A stretch of DNA of 64,000 nt from Perkinsela sp. CCAP 1560/9 (Eukaryota > Protista > Euglenozoa: Kinetoplastea): assembly GCA_965644495.1 (NCBI GenBank), contig CBFFSA010000001.1:3658001-3722000 (forward strand), read 5' to 3'. This document shows, piece by piece, positions 32,211-42,958 of this stretch. The translations under genes were made by a program, and so were the position numbers. The first letter of the stretch is position 1. Each line of letters starts with the position of its first letter. The notes beneath the pieces were generated by a model. The model was given only the letters and a program-made list of their open reading frames with translations. It was not told where the DNA came from and searched no databases.

Positions 32211-33974
32211 ATGGACGCCTGTGTAATGACTTCGCATGAACCTGAAATGAACAAGTTACGGCACAAGGCAAATTTATATGAACGGTTGAAAAGCGTCACT
32301 CAGAATTCTTTTACGCCTAATGGGTATTCTTTGTGGCATCTTGCCTGTTACAGAATGGTATTTCCATGCCCTGCACCGCCTGCTCGTTTTGAGCTTCCTA
32401 TAAAGTTCTTCTCGAAGGATTTTACGTCTTTACGAGATTTTGGGTCGTCCGCTTCATCTGACTCAAAGCCAGACAGAGATTCCATTGTGGATTGTGTTCT
32501 ACAGAAATTGGAACCTTTGATGTGTAGAGAAAAGGGGTTAAGAGAGCTCTACGAAGCCCAACGGAGTACCACACAATTTAGAAACCCTCACCTCCAACCT
32601 GCATCTGTCACCGTCACTTTTTCTCACGCTCCTTCTGGTGACTGTCAAGAACGTATTCACTCGAGTGCAATAGCACCAGAGAATCGCAAGTCATGGTCTA
32701 AATGTTTATCCTTGGTAAAGTTTTTTGTTACATCCATTTCTGGTTGTGCCAACAAGGAAAAGAAATACAGTACTGTGATAAGGTTACAAGCGTATCGAAG
32801 TGTGACGCCATCGACTGCTCAGAACTGCACAATGACTAATGGAATGCCTACAAGGCATCCGGAATCGTCAGGTGATTCTACTCTAGAGCGTAAAGCCCTT
32901 TGCCAAGGACCTGAGTCTCGTTGTTCTCTCAAGCAGGGCGGAATGGTCTGTCCAAGTCGTCTGAAAAACGAAAAAGCTGATCTCACACTAACGACTAAGG
33001 AATCGCATGCTGGAAAGCCGCAACAAATTGAAGGTATCCGACAGAATTTGTCTTCATTACAAAATGAAAATTCAGTTTCTGCAAGCCTATCTTCGACGCA
33101 TAGTACAAAAGGGGTGGAACTGCTCAGTTCAAAGGCGGCCTCCGTAGAGCCGATTAAAAAGAATCGGAAAATAGGATTCCGAAGCCTCCACACCAGGAAT
33201 ACGAATACTGAAGAAGCTAAATCAAAAGACGTATTGTTGATTCCAAATTCTCAAATCTCGGAATCGAACTTGATCTTTAAGTGCAGTTCCACGGAGACCG
33301 CTCTTCAATCACGAGGATCGACTATGCACCATCTTATCTTCTCGCGTCATCCTTCACCTTCCGAATTGTCTACCCAGTATTCAACATTTCTACACTCGAT
33401 CACATGCGAACGCTTTGGCGATGTGGCTAAAACATTCTCATCTAATGCATCTAGGAACCTTAAATTTACTTCGGAAAACCCCTCTGCTAATGAGGACTTT
33501 CCGTTGCATAAAAAAAATTCTATTCAATCGGAAACACATGTGACTAAGACTCCTTCACATTACGCACACATTCCCAACGATATCTCTTTAAAGATTTGCG
33601 AAAAATCCGGTATTCTTCCAACTGGTCTACAACGCGAGAATTCAGGGACAAGCACACACGTCTCCAATCGTTCTCGAAATTCTATTTCTCGGAAAAACAT
33701 CCACTCTGATGCCCAAAAAAGGGTTTCAAAAAAGGCCGTTCATTTTCGTGAAGACGCTAAGGAAGTACCCTTAATAGCAGATCATTTTGTACACCCTTCT
33801 CCTTCATCGGCAATTGCATCCCTCATTGATTCCGTTAATAAGCTATTGGAGTTACAAAAAACTCAACTTCGTGCGTCACAGACACGGATTGATTCTGTGC
33901 CATTACAACCTTCCGTTTCGCAAATAGGAAGTAGCTCTGACCATTTTAGTTCCTTTCTTACAACTTCATTATAG
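32211..33974 (+). CDS. Ser-rich hypothetical protein, in frame with the downstream RING ORF
   Basis: ~590-aa ORF ends in TAG at 33972-74; the same frame continues without a stop into 34032-34505. Confidence 0.6.
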   Translation: MDACVMTSHEPEMNKLRHKANLYERLKSVTQNSFTPNGYSLWHLACYRMVFPCPAPPARFELPIKFFSKDFTSLRDFGSSASSDSKPDRDSIVDCVLQKLEPLMCREKGLRELYEAQRSTTQFRNPHLQPASVTVTFSHAPSGDCQERIHSSAIAPENRKSWSKCLSLVKFFVTSISGCANKEKKYSTVIRLQAYRSVTPSTAQNCTMTNGMPTRHPESSGDSTLERKALCQGPESRCSLKQGGMVCPSRLKNEKADLTLTTKESHAGKPQQIEGIRQNLSSLQNENSVSASLSSTHSTKGVELLSSKAASVEPIKKNRKIGFRSLHTRNTNTEEAKSKDVLLIPNSQISESNLIFKCSSTETALQSRGSTMHHLIFSRHPSPSELSTQYSTFLHSITCERFGDVAKTFSSNASRNLKFTSENPSANEDFPLHKKNSIQSETHVTKTPSHYAHIPNDISLKICEKSGILPTGLQRENSGTSTHVSNRSRNSISRKNIHSDAQKRVSKKAVHFREDAKEVPLIADHFVHPSPSSAIASLIDSVNKLLELQKTQLRASQTRIDSVPLQPSVSQIGSSSDHFSSFLTTSL

Positions 33975-34505
33975 AATGTAAGCTCGACTTTTGAAAACAT
34001 TTTTCAATCTTCAGCTTTAGAAGCTACACTGGTGGAATTGTGTAAAGTTCGCATTATCAACGCAGAACTTTGTCAAAAATTAGAAAATCTGCAGAATGCC
34101 CGAGCAACAATTAAAAGCTATCGATCTGAAATTGCGCGATTGAAGTCCTGCATGCAACGGGTTCAACGTGATCTTATGTACGAAATTGTGCGCGATGAGA
34201 TCATGCGAGAGGAGTGCGAATCATGCGCTACATCGTCGAACGTTCCGAATGCGGAGCCCAATCCTGTAGAAAATAATAAAGAGTTTGAAAAAATTCGTCG
34301 TGCGGCTCTAGTTTATCGCCGCCGACTTCAGTGTAGGGCTTGCGATGGTGTTCACGATATTTCACACGTATTACGACAGTGTGGTCATGCATTTTGCAAA
34401 ACATGTATTGAATCATTGCTGTATCTGCGCCGCCGTAACTGTCCGATTTGTCTTCAGAAAAGCATTGTCACCTGGGATGATGTTGTACGTTTTTATCTTG
34501 CTTAA
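33975..34505 (+). CDS. Coiled-coil plus C-terminal C3HC4 RING (BRE1-like E3 ligase end)
   Basis: 'CRACDG..VLRQCGHAFCKTCIESLLYLRRRNCPIC...DDVVRFYL' matches the Bre1-type terminal RING pattern. Confidence 0.7.
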   Translation, partial: NVSSTFENIFQSSALEATLVELCKVRIINAELCQKLENLQNARATIKSYRSEIARLKSCMQRVQRDLMYEIVRDEIMREECESCATSSNVPNAEPNPVENNKEFEKIRRAALVYRRRLQCRACDGVHDISHVLRQCGHAFCKTCIESLLYLRRRNCPICLQKSIVTWDDVVRFYLA

Positions 34506-35155
34506 AAATGTTTCGTTGTTTCTACGTTTTACGGTTGATTTTTTTGACTTCAGCTTTTTATCAGCACACAATTCGAATAGCACGTTTTACTTATCATCAA
34601 ATTACTATTTGACAATTGTTATTTAACAAGTGAAACCCCACCTTACATATTGTTGAGTTAAATTTTCTTATGATAGCGCACCACGTCAAAACAATATCAC
34701 TCACCCTGTCATTAAGAATCGAAGTCGAAAGTTTTTGTCCTCCTTTTCGACGCCTATGAGGGAGTTTTCTTTTTCAACCTTTTTTCTTTTATCTTATTTT
34801 ATCTTTTTATTTAATCTTTTATCTTATTTTTTCTTTTGTCTCATACATGTAGCATGTACGTAGTATGTACTACGTACCTGTATGCGTATTCCTGTTAGAA
34901 AATGGTTTGCTTCTGTTCAGTCCACTTAATTGTATATTCTGATAGTTTTAAGAAAAATATGTTCTGTTTTCTTTTTCTACAGTATTTTTTTGTCTTTGCT
35001 TTCGGGACATCTACATGTAATGCTGGTTGTATTTTTTTTTGTATTCTTTAATTTTTTTTAAGTTTTGCGCATTCCAGGTATTCATTAATTTTCTATTATA
35101 CAGTAGCTTTTTAAGTTATTCATTGTCCTTGGGAAGGTACAACTGAGTACTGCGC

Positions 35156-35800
35156 ATGATTCACTCTTCGGACAACGGTAGCTCTGCGATAGTCCTGCAA
35201 GACGCAATATTTACTCCTCAGTGGATCCGGAAAATACGTCTCATGTTTTCCGATATTTCTCTGTATCACACCACTGGACCGGACATAGGGCTACTCCGTG
35301 TGACACATACTCTTGACGCTTCGACGCGACTACACTTTCTAGAACAATATGGCACCTCTTCACCGACAACCGCAGGCAACTTCACAGAAAGTTCTAAATC
35401 TTCAGTGCCAATCGATACGATTGAAGCGATGGCACCATACGAAAAAATGCTCCTGACGCATAGCCCTGCCGACATTGGAGAGTTAGGGCACGAAGTTGGA
35501 TTATCCTCTTTTTATTTAGAGGAACTCTTTCGAGTATTACCCAATTGCGTATTACCCAATGAAATTGTATCTAGTGTTCCAACAAAAAACAGGGACCTTT
35601 GTGTTTCTATGAAGAAAATCGATAAGAAAAAATTTAGTGCTTCCATAAAAGAGCAAAAATCCATGGAAGTTTCCAAACAATACGAATTCGAAATTGATTG
35701 GTACAAACTTTTTTTATCTTCTGAGCCCTTGCGTGACTTGGAGCCCAGTGCACTACGGCCATCTATCTACAAATGGATACATGGGAAATATTATAATTGA
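35156..35800 (+). CDS. Hypothetical protein
   Basis: 214-aa ORF downstream of long poly-T tracts (34770-35060). Confidence 0.55.
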   Translation: MIHSSDNGSSAIVLQDAIFTPQWIRKIRLMFSDISLYHTTGPDIGLLRVTHTLDASTRLHFLEQYGTSSPTTAGNFTESSKSSVPIDTIEAMAPYEKMLLTHSPADIGELGHEVGLSSFYLEELFRVLPNCVLPNEIVSSVPTKNRDLCVSMKKIDKKKFSASIKEQKSMEVSKQYEFEIDWYKLFLSSEPLRDLEPSALRPSIYKWIHGKYYN

Positions 35801-36150
35801 AGACACAAAATTTTTGGCTAGCAAACGCACTTGAGTTTTGTGAAATCGTTTTTACTTGAGCTACAAGTAATGTACAGTAAAAGTCACTATTCTGAGAGTC
35901 ACTAAAAATGAGAATTGGGCTGTCAACGTTCAACTGCCAAAAATGCGAATGCAATGGTAAAATGAGAATGGGGCTTTAACTTCTGATGTCAACGTTCAAC
36001 TCGAATATAACCCAAAAAATGAGAACATAAACTTTTTTGAAGCGATATAAACCTAGGGGCACGTTATTGCTGCCTTGCACATTACTTCTACCTTGCGGTT
36101 TAATGCTACCATGTTGCTTTATTGCTACTATTCGCACTTTATTGCGACTA

Positions 36151-36907
36151 CACCCCTGGGCAGCTTCATTTACCCCCCCCCCTACAGGTCTTGCGTTTTG
36201 TTCGATTTCGGAAATATTTGGTATGGGACTGTTTTTCGCTCCGATCGTCTCGAATCCGCGGTCCTTTTCATGATTGGAATAATATTTTTTTACTAAAATG
36301 ACTAGACAATTTTTGAGGGTGTACACTTTTTTCTTGAATTTTTTTCTTGCTTTTAAATATTTTTTTATGTTTTTAAAAATGTAAATCATGCTTAGAGAAC
36401 GCAAAAAAGACGCTGAATACGTATTCAATAACCAATGTGATAACCTTTCTTTTCTACCACCAATTTAAGTCGTTTGCGGAAGTCTTTAAATGGACTTCTT
36501 AATTTATCGACATGTACTCCTGATAAAACATCGAATTCCTGGAGAAAAAAAACATTTCTGAAGATTTTGAGCTCATTAGCTACAGCACGTAGGGATTTTA
36601 GTTCCTTGTAGCGTGCTATGATGAGAGTTCGCCTTTCTGGTGAAATACGCTGATTCAGGAGGGATGAAGCCCGATATCGTTTGACCATTGAGGAAAAAAC
36701 AGAAAAAAAGTAGATTTTTCTAGGGTGGGCAAAACAAAATTGACTTTTTGGACAAAAATTTTAAGGTCTCGGAGAAAATCAAGGTCGCTCGAGTGAAAAC
36801 GACCGCGGATTCGAGACGATCGGAGCGAAAAACAGTCCCATACCAAATATTTCCGAAATCGAACAAAATACAAGACCTGTAGGGGGAAATGAAGCTGCCC
36901 AGGGGTG
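36151..36907. mobile_element. Internally deleted Tc1-like element with ~120-bp TIRs
   Basis: TIR cacccctgggcagcttcattt...tcgaatccgcggtc and inverse; TA flanks; minus-strand HTH remnant 'ISPERRTLIIARYKELKSLRAVANELKI' at 36425-36688. Confidence 0.9.
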
Positions 36908-37468
36908 TATGTCACTTTATTTCTACCTTTCACTTTATTGCTCCGATCTCTATTCTTTAAGGATTTTTTTTAGAGATGGACTTGATTCCCATATAGAGGT
37001 AGTGTCCGATTTTACCACGGCTGTTAATTCGGACGACGAATGCGTTTCGTTAGAGAACGAGGGGGATGTTGGTCTTTCCGAAGACAAAAGTGGCAAAACA
37101 AATGTCCAGGAACTCTATGTGGCTACCTGAGGACACACCCGTTTCGATTGAATTGGAAAATACATCAGAAACCCCAAGCACAGCATCACGCAGCAGTACA
37201 GTGGGCGCTCTTCAAAACAGGAAGCGTCGAATCAAGCCCGGAAAGCGAAAAAGCGAATACACTCTCTCTTTTCAATCGTCTCTCTGAGATAAAGATACTG
37301 TTTCTGTGTAGCAAGCTTAGACATGAAGGCTTGACGCCAATCACTTGGTAGCAATAAGCTGCTTGCACTTTATTGTTACCATTAAGAGACCTGCACTTTA
37401 TTGCTACCATAGTAGCAGCGCTGTTACCGTATAGGAGCGCAGCTACTATGGTAGCAGCGTTCTTCCCC

Positions 37469-38581
37469 GTTCTTTTCACGGGGAACGGAATCCCACGCAC
37501 GTCTTGTCAAACGCATCACAAAGTCCCAGGAAGGGACATACTCGGTAGGATGCGCATGCCTCTCTGCTTCATCCTGGATCAAGCTCTTGTAAAGCTCCTT
37601 GAATATTTTTATTATGTCCAGATCAGCAGGTTGCCATACATGGATCATACCCGCTGGACCAAAAAGGACCGACCCCCCGGTAACCACTCGTTGGTCTGCT
37701 GCAAGACTCCAGGGAGGTGACGATGACCCTCGTAACAACAGCCAAAGGATTATTCCAACAGCCAAAGGATCCAACAGCCAAAGGATTATTCCAGGCATCA
37801 GTGTCTTCACATGTTCGAATGCAGCCGTCGAAACACGTGCGTCTTCCCACGCATTCCGTTGAATGTGCACGAAGGGATCACCATGGTACCGAAATGCTAG
37901 GTTTTTGGGATTCCGTGACTTGGGATTAGCTTCACCTTTCAAAACGAATGATAGGGATAGCTTTTCTCCAATCATGGATGTTCCAACGTTGATTGTCACT
38001 CTCGTCCTTGATTTAATATTTGACATAGCCTCTGACAATAGACGTGCTTCGTTCCGTGAGAAATGAAGAGAACGGTTTCATCAACATTTCAAATCCTGGA
38101 CTCCTCATACACTGGGATATTAGAACGCACTTGTTGCAAAAACATATCCAAAAACACATCTACATCCCAAGACGGGGACAAATTTTTCTTCTTTTTTGCA
38201 AGGTGTCGAGAGCATCCATTGGCCTTGATTACTCTCCGAATCCAACATTGCAATGCGTTTGTTTTCCCCTCAAATCTATTCCCTGTAATGTTTACCACGT
38301 AAAATTCGACTTGATTTATCGTAAATTGCTCTTTCTCCTCCATGCAGCAGTAAACCAGAGATTTTAGAGTGGTGTGGCTTTGTGATGTGAAACACGAGCG
38401 TATTTGCTCTTTCGAGCGGCAGAAGAAATGCTGGTGTAGTCTTGAACTGATCGATATAAGGGGGGACGCTTACTAAGTTGTTGTTTTTCGCATGTTTTAT
38501 CTTTGCAGTCAGAGTGTCGCCAGGAGTCTGCTTCACAATTTCTAGCACTTTTAGTTTTTCTTCGTTCGAAAGACCCATCAA
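37469..38581 (-). pseudogene. pogo/CENP-B-type (DDE_1) transposase, frameshifted
   Basis: N-terminal 'LSNEEKLKVLE', HTH region, 'NVDET' near 38075, 'RVTINV', 'QRNAWED', 'PAGMIHVWQPADLDIIKIFKELY', 'AWDSV'. Confidence 0.85.
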
Positions 38582-38855
38582 TGGAAATCTGTTAAAGTCT
38601 TTTTACGTTCAAAAACAAATCCAATCCTCTCGAAAATAAATTTTAATTTTTGTTTTCGGAAATGAGAATTCATGATTGACTCATCAACAGAGGCTCTGTC
38701 AACGTTCAACACGCAAATCTGAGAACAGTGACCAAAAGAAGATTATTTTTGTGCCAACGTTCAGCACCCATTTCTCAGAATAGTGACTTTCTCCGTAACT
38801 TGAACTACTGTACAGTCTCGTTAGTATTTTGTGAATAAATTTCGAATTTAGTAAG

Positions 38856-39766
38856 AAATTTTCTTTTTTAGGCTCTTCGTTAAACGCGGTGGCTGTTTTC
38901 AACTTAGAAGTCACTCATGCTGCGCGCTTCGCGTTGAAAACTACCGCCGCGTTTAACGAAGAGCCTAAAAAAGAAAATTTAGCCTGGAAAACGGAAAGAT
39001 TATAGCCAAAAATAGCCGAATTTCGGGTACAAATGGTGTCATTTTCGCATATTTTTGCTCTCAGAGCACTAAATCCGACATTTGCACGTGGGAAATCACT
39101 CGTAGGCATGAATGGAAGCCTACCGAACGTATTGGGTAGAGAATACGACTCCAACCATACCATTCTTTCGACACAAAAATGCCCCTTTAGGTCCGAAAAA
39201 TACTTTTTCACCTTTTTTAGTCAAAATTGGGTCATTTTGAGGGGCGCACCACGGTTCGAAGAAGTGATACCTTGCGAAAACAACTGCGGAGAAAGCTAGT
39301 GTAGGTCCCAAACTATCAAAATACAATAGGGGAAACGATTTTGGAAAACTATTTTTTTTTTCATTTTTTTCGCCAAGTTGAATTTTTTTTCAAAAAACTT
39401 TTTCCGAAAAAATCCGAACTTGGCGGACCCGTCATGCGGATACGCGGGGGGGTCACCCCCGGGTAGGGGGGTGGAAAATGCGCGCCAAGACCCCGGCTAC
39501 CCTTTCTGCGGTTTTTTTTCGAAAACTAATTTTTTCGAAAAAATTTGCTCGACCATGCCCCCCCCCCCTGGACCCCCCCCATGGACCCCCCCCATGGACC
39601 CCCCATTTTTTTCAAATTTTTTTTTCAGTTTTAGTCCACCGGAGCCCCCTTTTATATTTTTTTCTTCTATTATATTACTGTGTTCCTCTTTATATTTTCA
39701 CTGTTTTTGTTCACTTTTTTTTCAATAATCGAGTGTAGAGCGGTAGTTTTACAACCACCGCAATAA
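38856..39766 (+). mobile_element. Hairpin-ended (Helentron/DINE-like) repeat, copy 3 (inverted relative to copies 1 and 2)
   Basis: Foldback 38856-38980 at one end, hairpin gcggtagttttacaaccaccgc-aataa at the other; 39400-39766 is homologous to the reverse complement of 13929-14290. Confidence 0.55.
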
Positions 39767-39832
39767 TTATCCTAAGTCATCAAACTAAGGATCAATTCCG
39801 TCCTTTTTGTACAACACTTGCAAACCTGGTTA

Positions 39833-40148
39833 CCGTATACCCCCCCCAGTAAGGTACCCCCCCAGTAAGAGAGATTTGGCCCTTTTTGGACTGATCCCCA
39901 GTAAGAGAGATTTGGCTTGGGAGCCCAACAGAAGGCGTATAGGGGGTAGGGGGTGGGTGTCTGCAGGTTGGGGGCCTCGGGGGTAGCCCAAAGAAGCATT
40001 TTAACACGTTTTCAGAAGAAAAAATAGAAAAAATAGTCAAAAAAGTAGGGAGAAAAGAGGAAACTGGCCAAAAAAGCATACCCCCCCCAGTAAGAGAGAT
40101 TTGGCCATTTCGACCCAAAACCCATTCTCTTACTGGGGGGGTATACGG
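39833..40148. mobile_element. TA-flanked MITE
   Basis: TIR ccgtatacccccccagtaag and inverse; three internal copies of ccccagtaagagagatttggc. Confidence 0.9.
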
Positions 40149-40283
40149 TATTTGTAGAAAGCTGAAATCTCGGGAGTCATAGGATTCGTACCCTCAGCTC
40201 TCTAGACAACTTACACCCAATATGCTTTTCAAAATAGCAATAAGCTTTTAAAAAATATAAGAATAAGATTTTAAACCTCTAAC

Positions 40284-42602
40284 ATGATCGCGGCTCAATT
40301 TTTTGATGAAGATAATATTCGGCCTGCAAAACGGCGCAAAATCGGTCTCCCGAATTCGAAGTTCAACCGGCCTCGATCTGCTTCCTTTGGTCGAATAGTT
40401 GGTCAAATTCTTCCTCAAGAATATGATCTAGACCGATTGCTCAAAAACGTAACGGAACGACAAAATTCATGGAATACGCACACTGTAGCATCCCAGTGGT
40501 ACGGAGTTTCTTGTACAATGAACGGAACAATAGAAAGAATAGGTTGGTCTGGTTTAGGATTAAAAGGCACGCTTGGAACAGAGTATCTTCCCGTTAATCT
40601 TGTGGGATTACGCCTGCAAGAGAACCGCCTCGAAGGGAACTTTTCTATTGAAGACCTTCCGCAGTCCTTGAAGCGCTTGGAACTACAGGGGAACCTTTTT
40701 AGTGGTCCTATAAATCTTAAAGCTTTACCACGTGATCTGTGCTACTTAAATCTGTCTTCAAACCATTTTCATGGACAGATTGATTTTTCAAATTTACCTC
40801 CTCTTACATTTCTCGCAATCAATAACAATCACTTCACTGGTTCCATTGATTTGTACGGACTTCCTCCAGTACTAGAAACGCTATCAATTCACGAGAATTC
40901 TTTTTCAGGGGAATTGTCTTTCTGTGGGCTCCCAAGAACACTGCAACGTTTTACAGCGTACAAAAATGATTTTGAGGGGAATCCTGATTTTTCGCAACTT
41001 CCTCCTCTGCTTCGCATTATTAACGTAGCTTACAATCGTTTGTCTGGAAAACTTTTTCTCCTGGCTCTCCCGCCAGCATTGGTTGGATTTGAGGCTGGAA
41101 ACAATTTCTTAGAAGGTGAAATAAGTCTTGCTAATCTTCCAGAAAATTTGCGTTATCTTATGCTTAGAGAAAACGCACTTTCGGGGCTTCTACACCTTTC
41201 TGAGTTTCCTCCGACGTTTCAAGCCATTGATCTGTCTACAAATTTCTTTTCCGGGTCAGTAGCTTTTCCTCCACTCCCAGAGAGTTTGGAGATTCTTCGA
41301 CTTTCCAACAACACTTTTTCTGAGATAATTGGAACTTCGAACATGGAGTCTAGCTTTGTTGAAATTGCTCTTGACAACAATACCTTCACCGGCAACTGGG
41401 ATTTAACTGTACTTCCGGAAAACTTGGAATTCTTTTATATCAATGACAATAGATTTGACGGGGAATTAGACCTTACTGGTCTTCCGCAAAAACTGACGAT
41501 TATAAATGTGTCCTCCAATCGTTTTTGTGGTAATCTCAATTTGTTTGAGTTACCTCCTCTTGTGGATTACCTGGATTTTAGTAACAACTTGTTTGAATCG
41601 CCCATTGATCTCTCACATCTACCAGATGCCGCAATATCCCTCTTTTTGGACAGAAACCGTTTTAGCGGGGACGTGAAACTGGAAGATCTGCCTTCCAAAC
41701 TAAATATTTTGGACCTTTCTAACAACTCCTTTACAGGTGAACTTGATTTTCGTAGACTTCCTCACAGCCTAGGCAAACTTAGGTTGAGCAGAAATCAGTT
41801 TCAAGGTTCCGTAGATGTTTCCTCATTTCCGTCGAAAATGTTTTACTTATCCCTGGCATTCAACGCACTCTCTGGGAATCTGTGCCTTTCAAATTTCTCA
41901 TTTTCTATGCGATATCTTCACTTAAACAACAACAATTTCACAGGTACGGTTGACTTTGATCGACTGCCGACAGATATTCGGTTTTTGCAGCTTCAGTACA
42001 ATCGTCTCACAGGTAATGTTTCTTTTCCTCACTTTCCATTATCTCTTGAAAATCTAAATCTTGGTTTCAATCAGTTTGTCGGTGAGATTCACCTCGAGAA
42101 ATTTTCAAACGGTATTCATTTGAAACACGTTGATCTTCAAAACAATCAGTTTACGGGGCCAGTGCAGCTCCACTACCTGCCAGCGCTTCTTCAAAGTTTA
42201 AATTTGGGAAACAACAGATTTGTTGGGAGCATAGATTTATCGAAACTACCGTCAACCTTATGTAACCTTACTCTGGCAAATAACACCTTTTCTGGAAATT
42301 TGGATTTGGGAACGCTTCCAAATAGCATTAAAAGGGTCAGTGCTGATCACAATTTGTTTGGGCCTGTTCTTGCTTGGGAAGTACTTCCTGCTGAACTCCG
42401 AGTACTTGAGCTAAATCACAATCAAATACGTTCGACACCAGAAAGTCCGCTTCTCCCTCCTTTTTTAGAAATACTAAATTTGAATAGTAACCAGCTCTCC
42501 CATATGATGCATTTTTCGGTTTTGCCCACGACACTTCAGAAAATTGATCTACGTGACAACAAACTCGATCAAACTTCTCCTCATGAACTCATTCTGTTAT
42601 AA
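40284..42602 (+). CDS. Long LRR protein (~28 24-aa repeats)
   Basis: Cap 'SWNTHTVASQWYGVSC'; continuous 'LPxxLxxLxLxxNxFxGxLDL' repeats. Confidence 0.95.
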   Translation: MIAAQFFDEDNIRPAKRRKIGLPNSKFNRPRSASFGRIVGQILPQEYDLDRLLKNVTERQNSWNTHTVASQWYGVSCTMNGTIERIGWSGLGLKGTLGTEYLPVNLVGLRLQENRLEGNFSIEDLPQSLKRLELQGNLFSGPINLKALPRDLCYLNLSSNHFHGQIDFSNLPPLTFLAINNNHFTGSIDLYGLPPVLETLSIHENSFSGELSFCGLPRTLQRFTAYKNDFEGNPDFSQLPPLLRIINVAYNRLSGKLFLLALPPALVGFEAGNNFLEGEISLANLPENLRYLMLRENALSGLLHLSEFPPTFQAIDLSTNFFSGSVAFPPLPESLEILRLSNNTFSEIIGTSNMESSFVEIALDNNTFTGNWDLTVLPENLEFFYINDNRFDGELDLTGLPQKLTIINVSSNRFCGNLNLFELPPLVDYLDFSNNLFESPIDLSHLPDAAISLFLDRNRFSGDVKLEDLPSKLNILDLSNNSFTGELDFRRLPHSLGKLRLSRNQFQGSVDVSSFPSKMFYLSLAFNALSGNLCLSNFSFSMRYLHLNNNNFTGTVDFDRLPTDIRFLQLQYNRLTGNVSFPHFPLSLENLNLGFNQFVGEIHLEKFSNGIHLKHVDLQNNQFTGPVQLHYLPALLQSLNLGNNRFVGSIDLSKLPSTLCNLTLANNTFSGNLDLGTLPNSIKRVSADHNLFGPVLAWEVLPAELRVLELNHNQIRSTPESPLLPPFLEILNLNSNQLSHMMHFSVLPTTLQKIDLRDNKLDQTSPHELILL

Positions 42603-42958
42603 GGCAGGTATTTTTCATAACTGTAAATTAGCTATTTTGTTCAGTTATTACATGTACATGATGTTCATTCTTAACACCGTTAAGACTTGTACGATTTGCT
42701 TGACATATCAATGGCCAGATATACTTCGTAACTATAGGACGTCGCATGTAAACGTTGTTTACGTTTACGTAAACGTGTAAAAGTTGATGTTTACGTGTTT
42801 CCGAATTTATTATCATACCAAAGTACTTTTACTTTTCATCGAATGAAAAACAATGAATTTTTTTTGTTGTATTCTCACATTTTTCTGTGTTACATTCTTT
42901 CCACTCAAACCAACAAAACACAGACACACAATATATTTAGCTCGTTACCCTAAAATCA

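Larger units (their letters stand above)
35875..38810. mobile_element. pogo-like DNA transposon (TA-flanked) with nested insertions
   Basis: Left TIR cagtaaaagtcactattctgaga; right TIR tctcagaatagtgacttt..tactg with a ~15-bp insert; TA flanks; subterminal tcaacgttca repeats. Confidence 0.8.
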
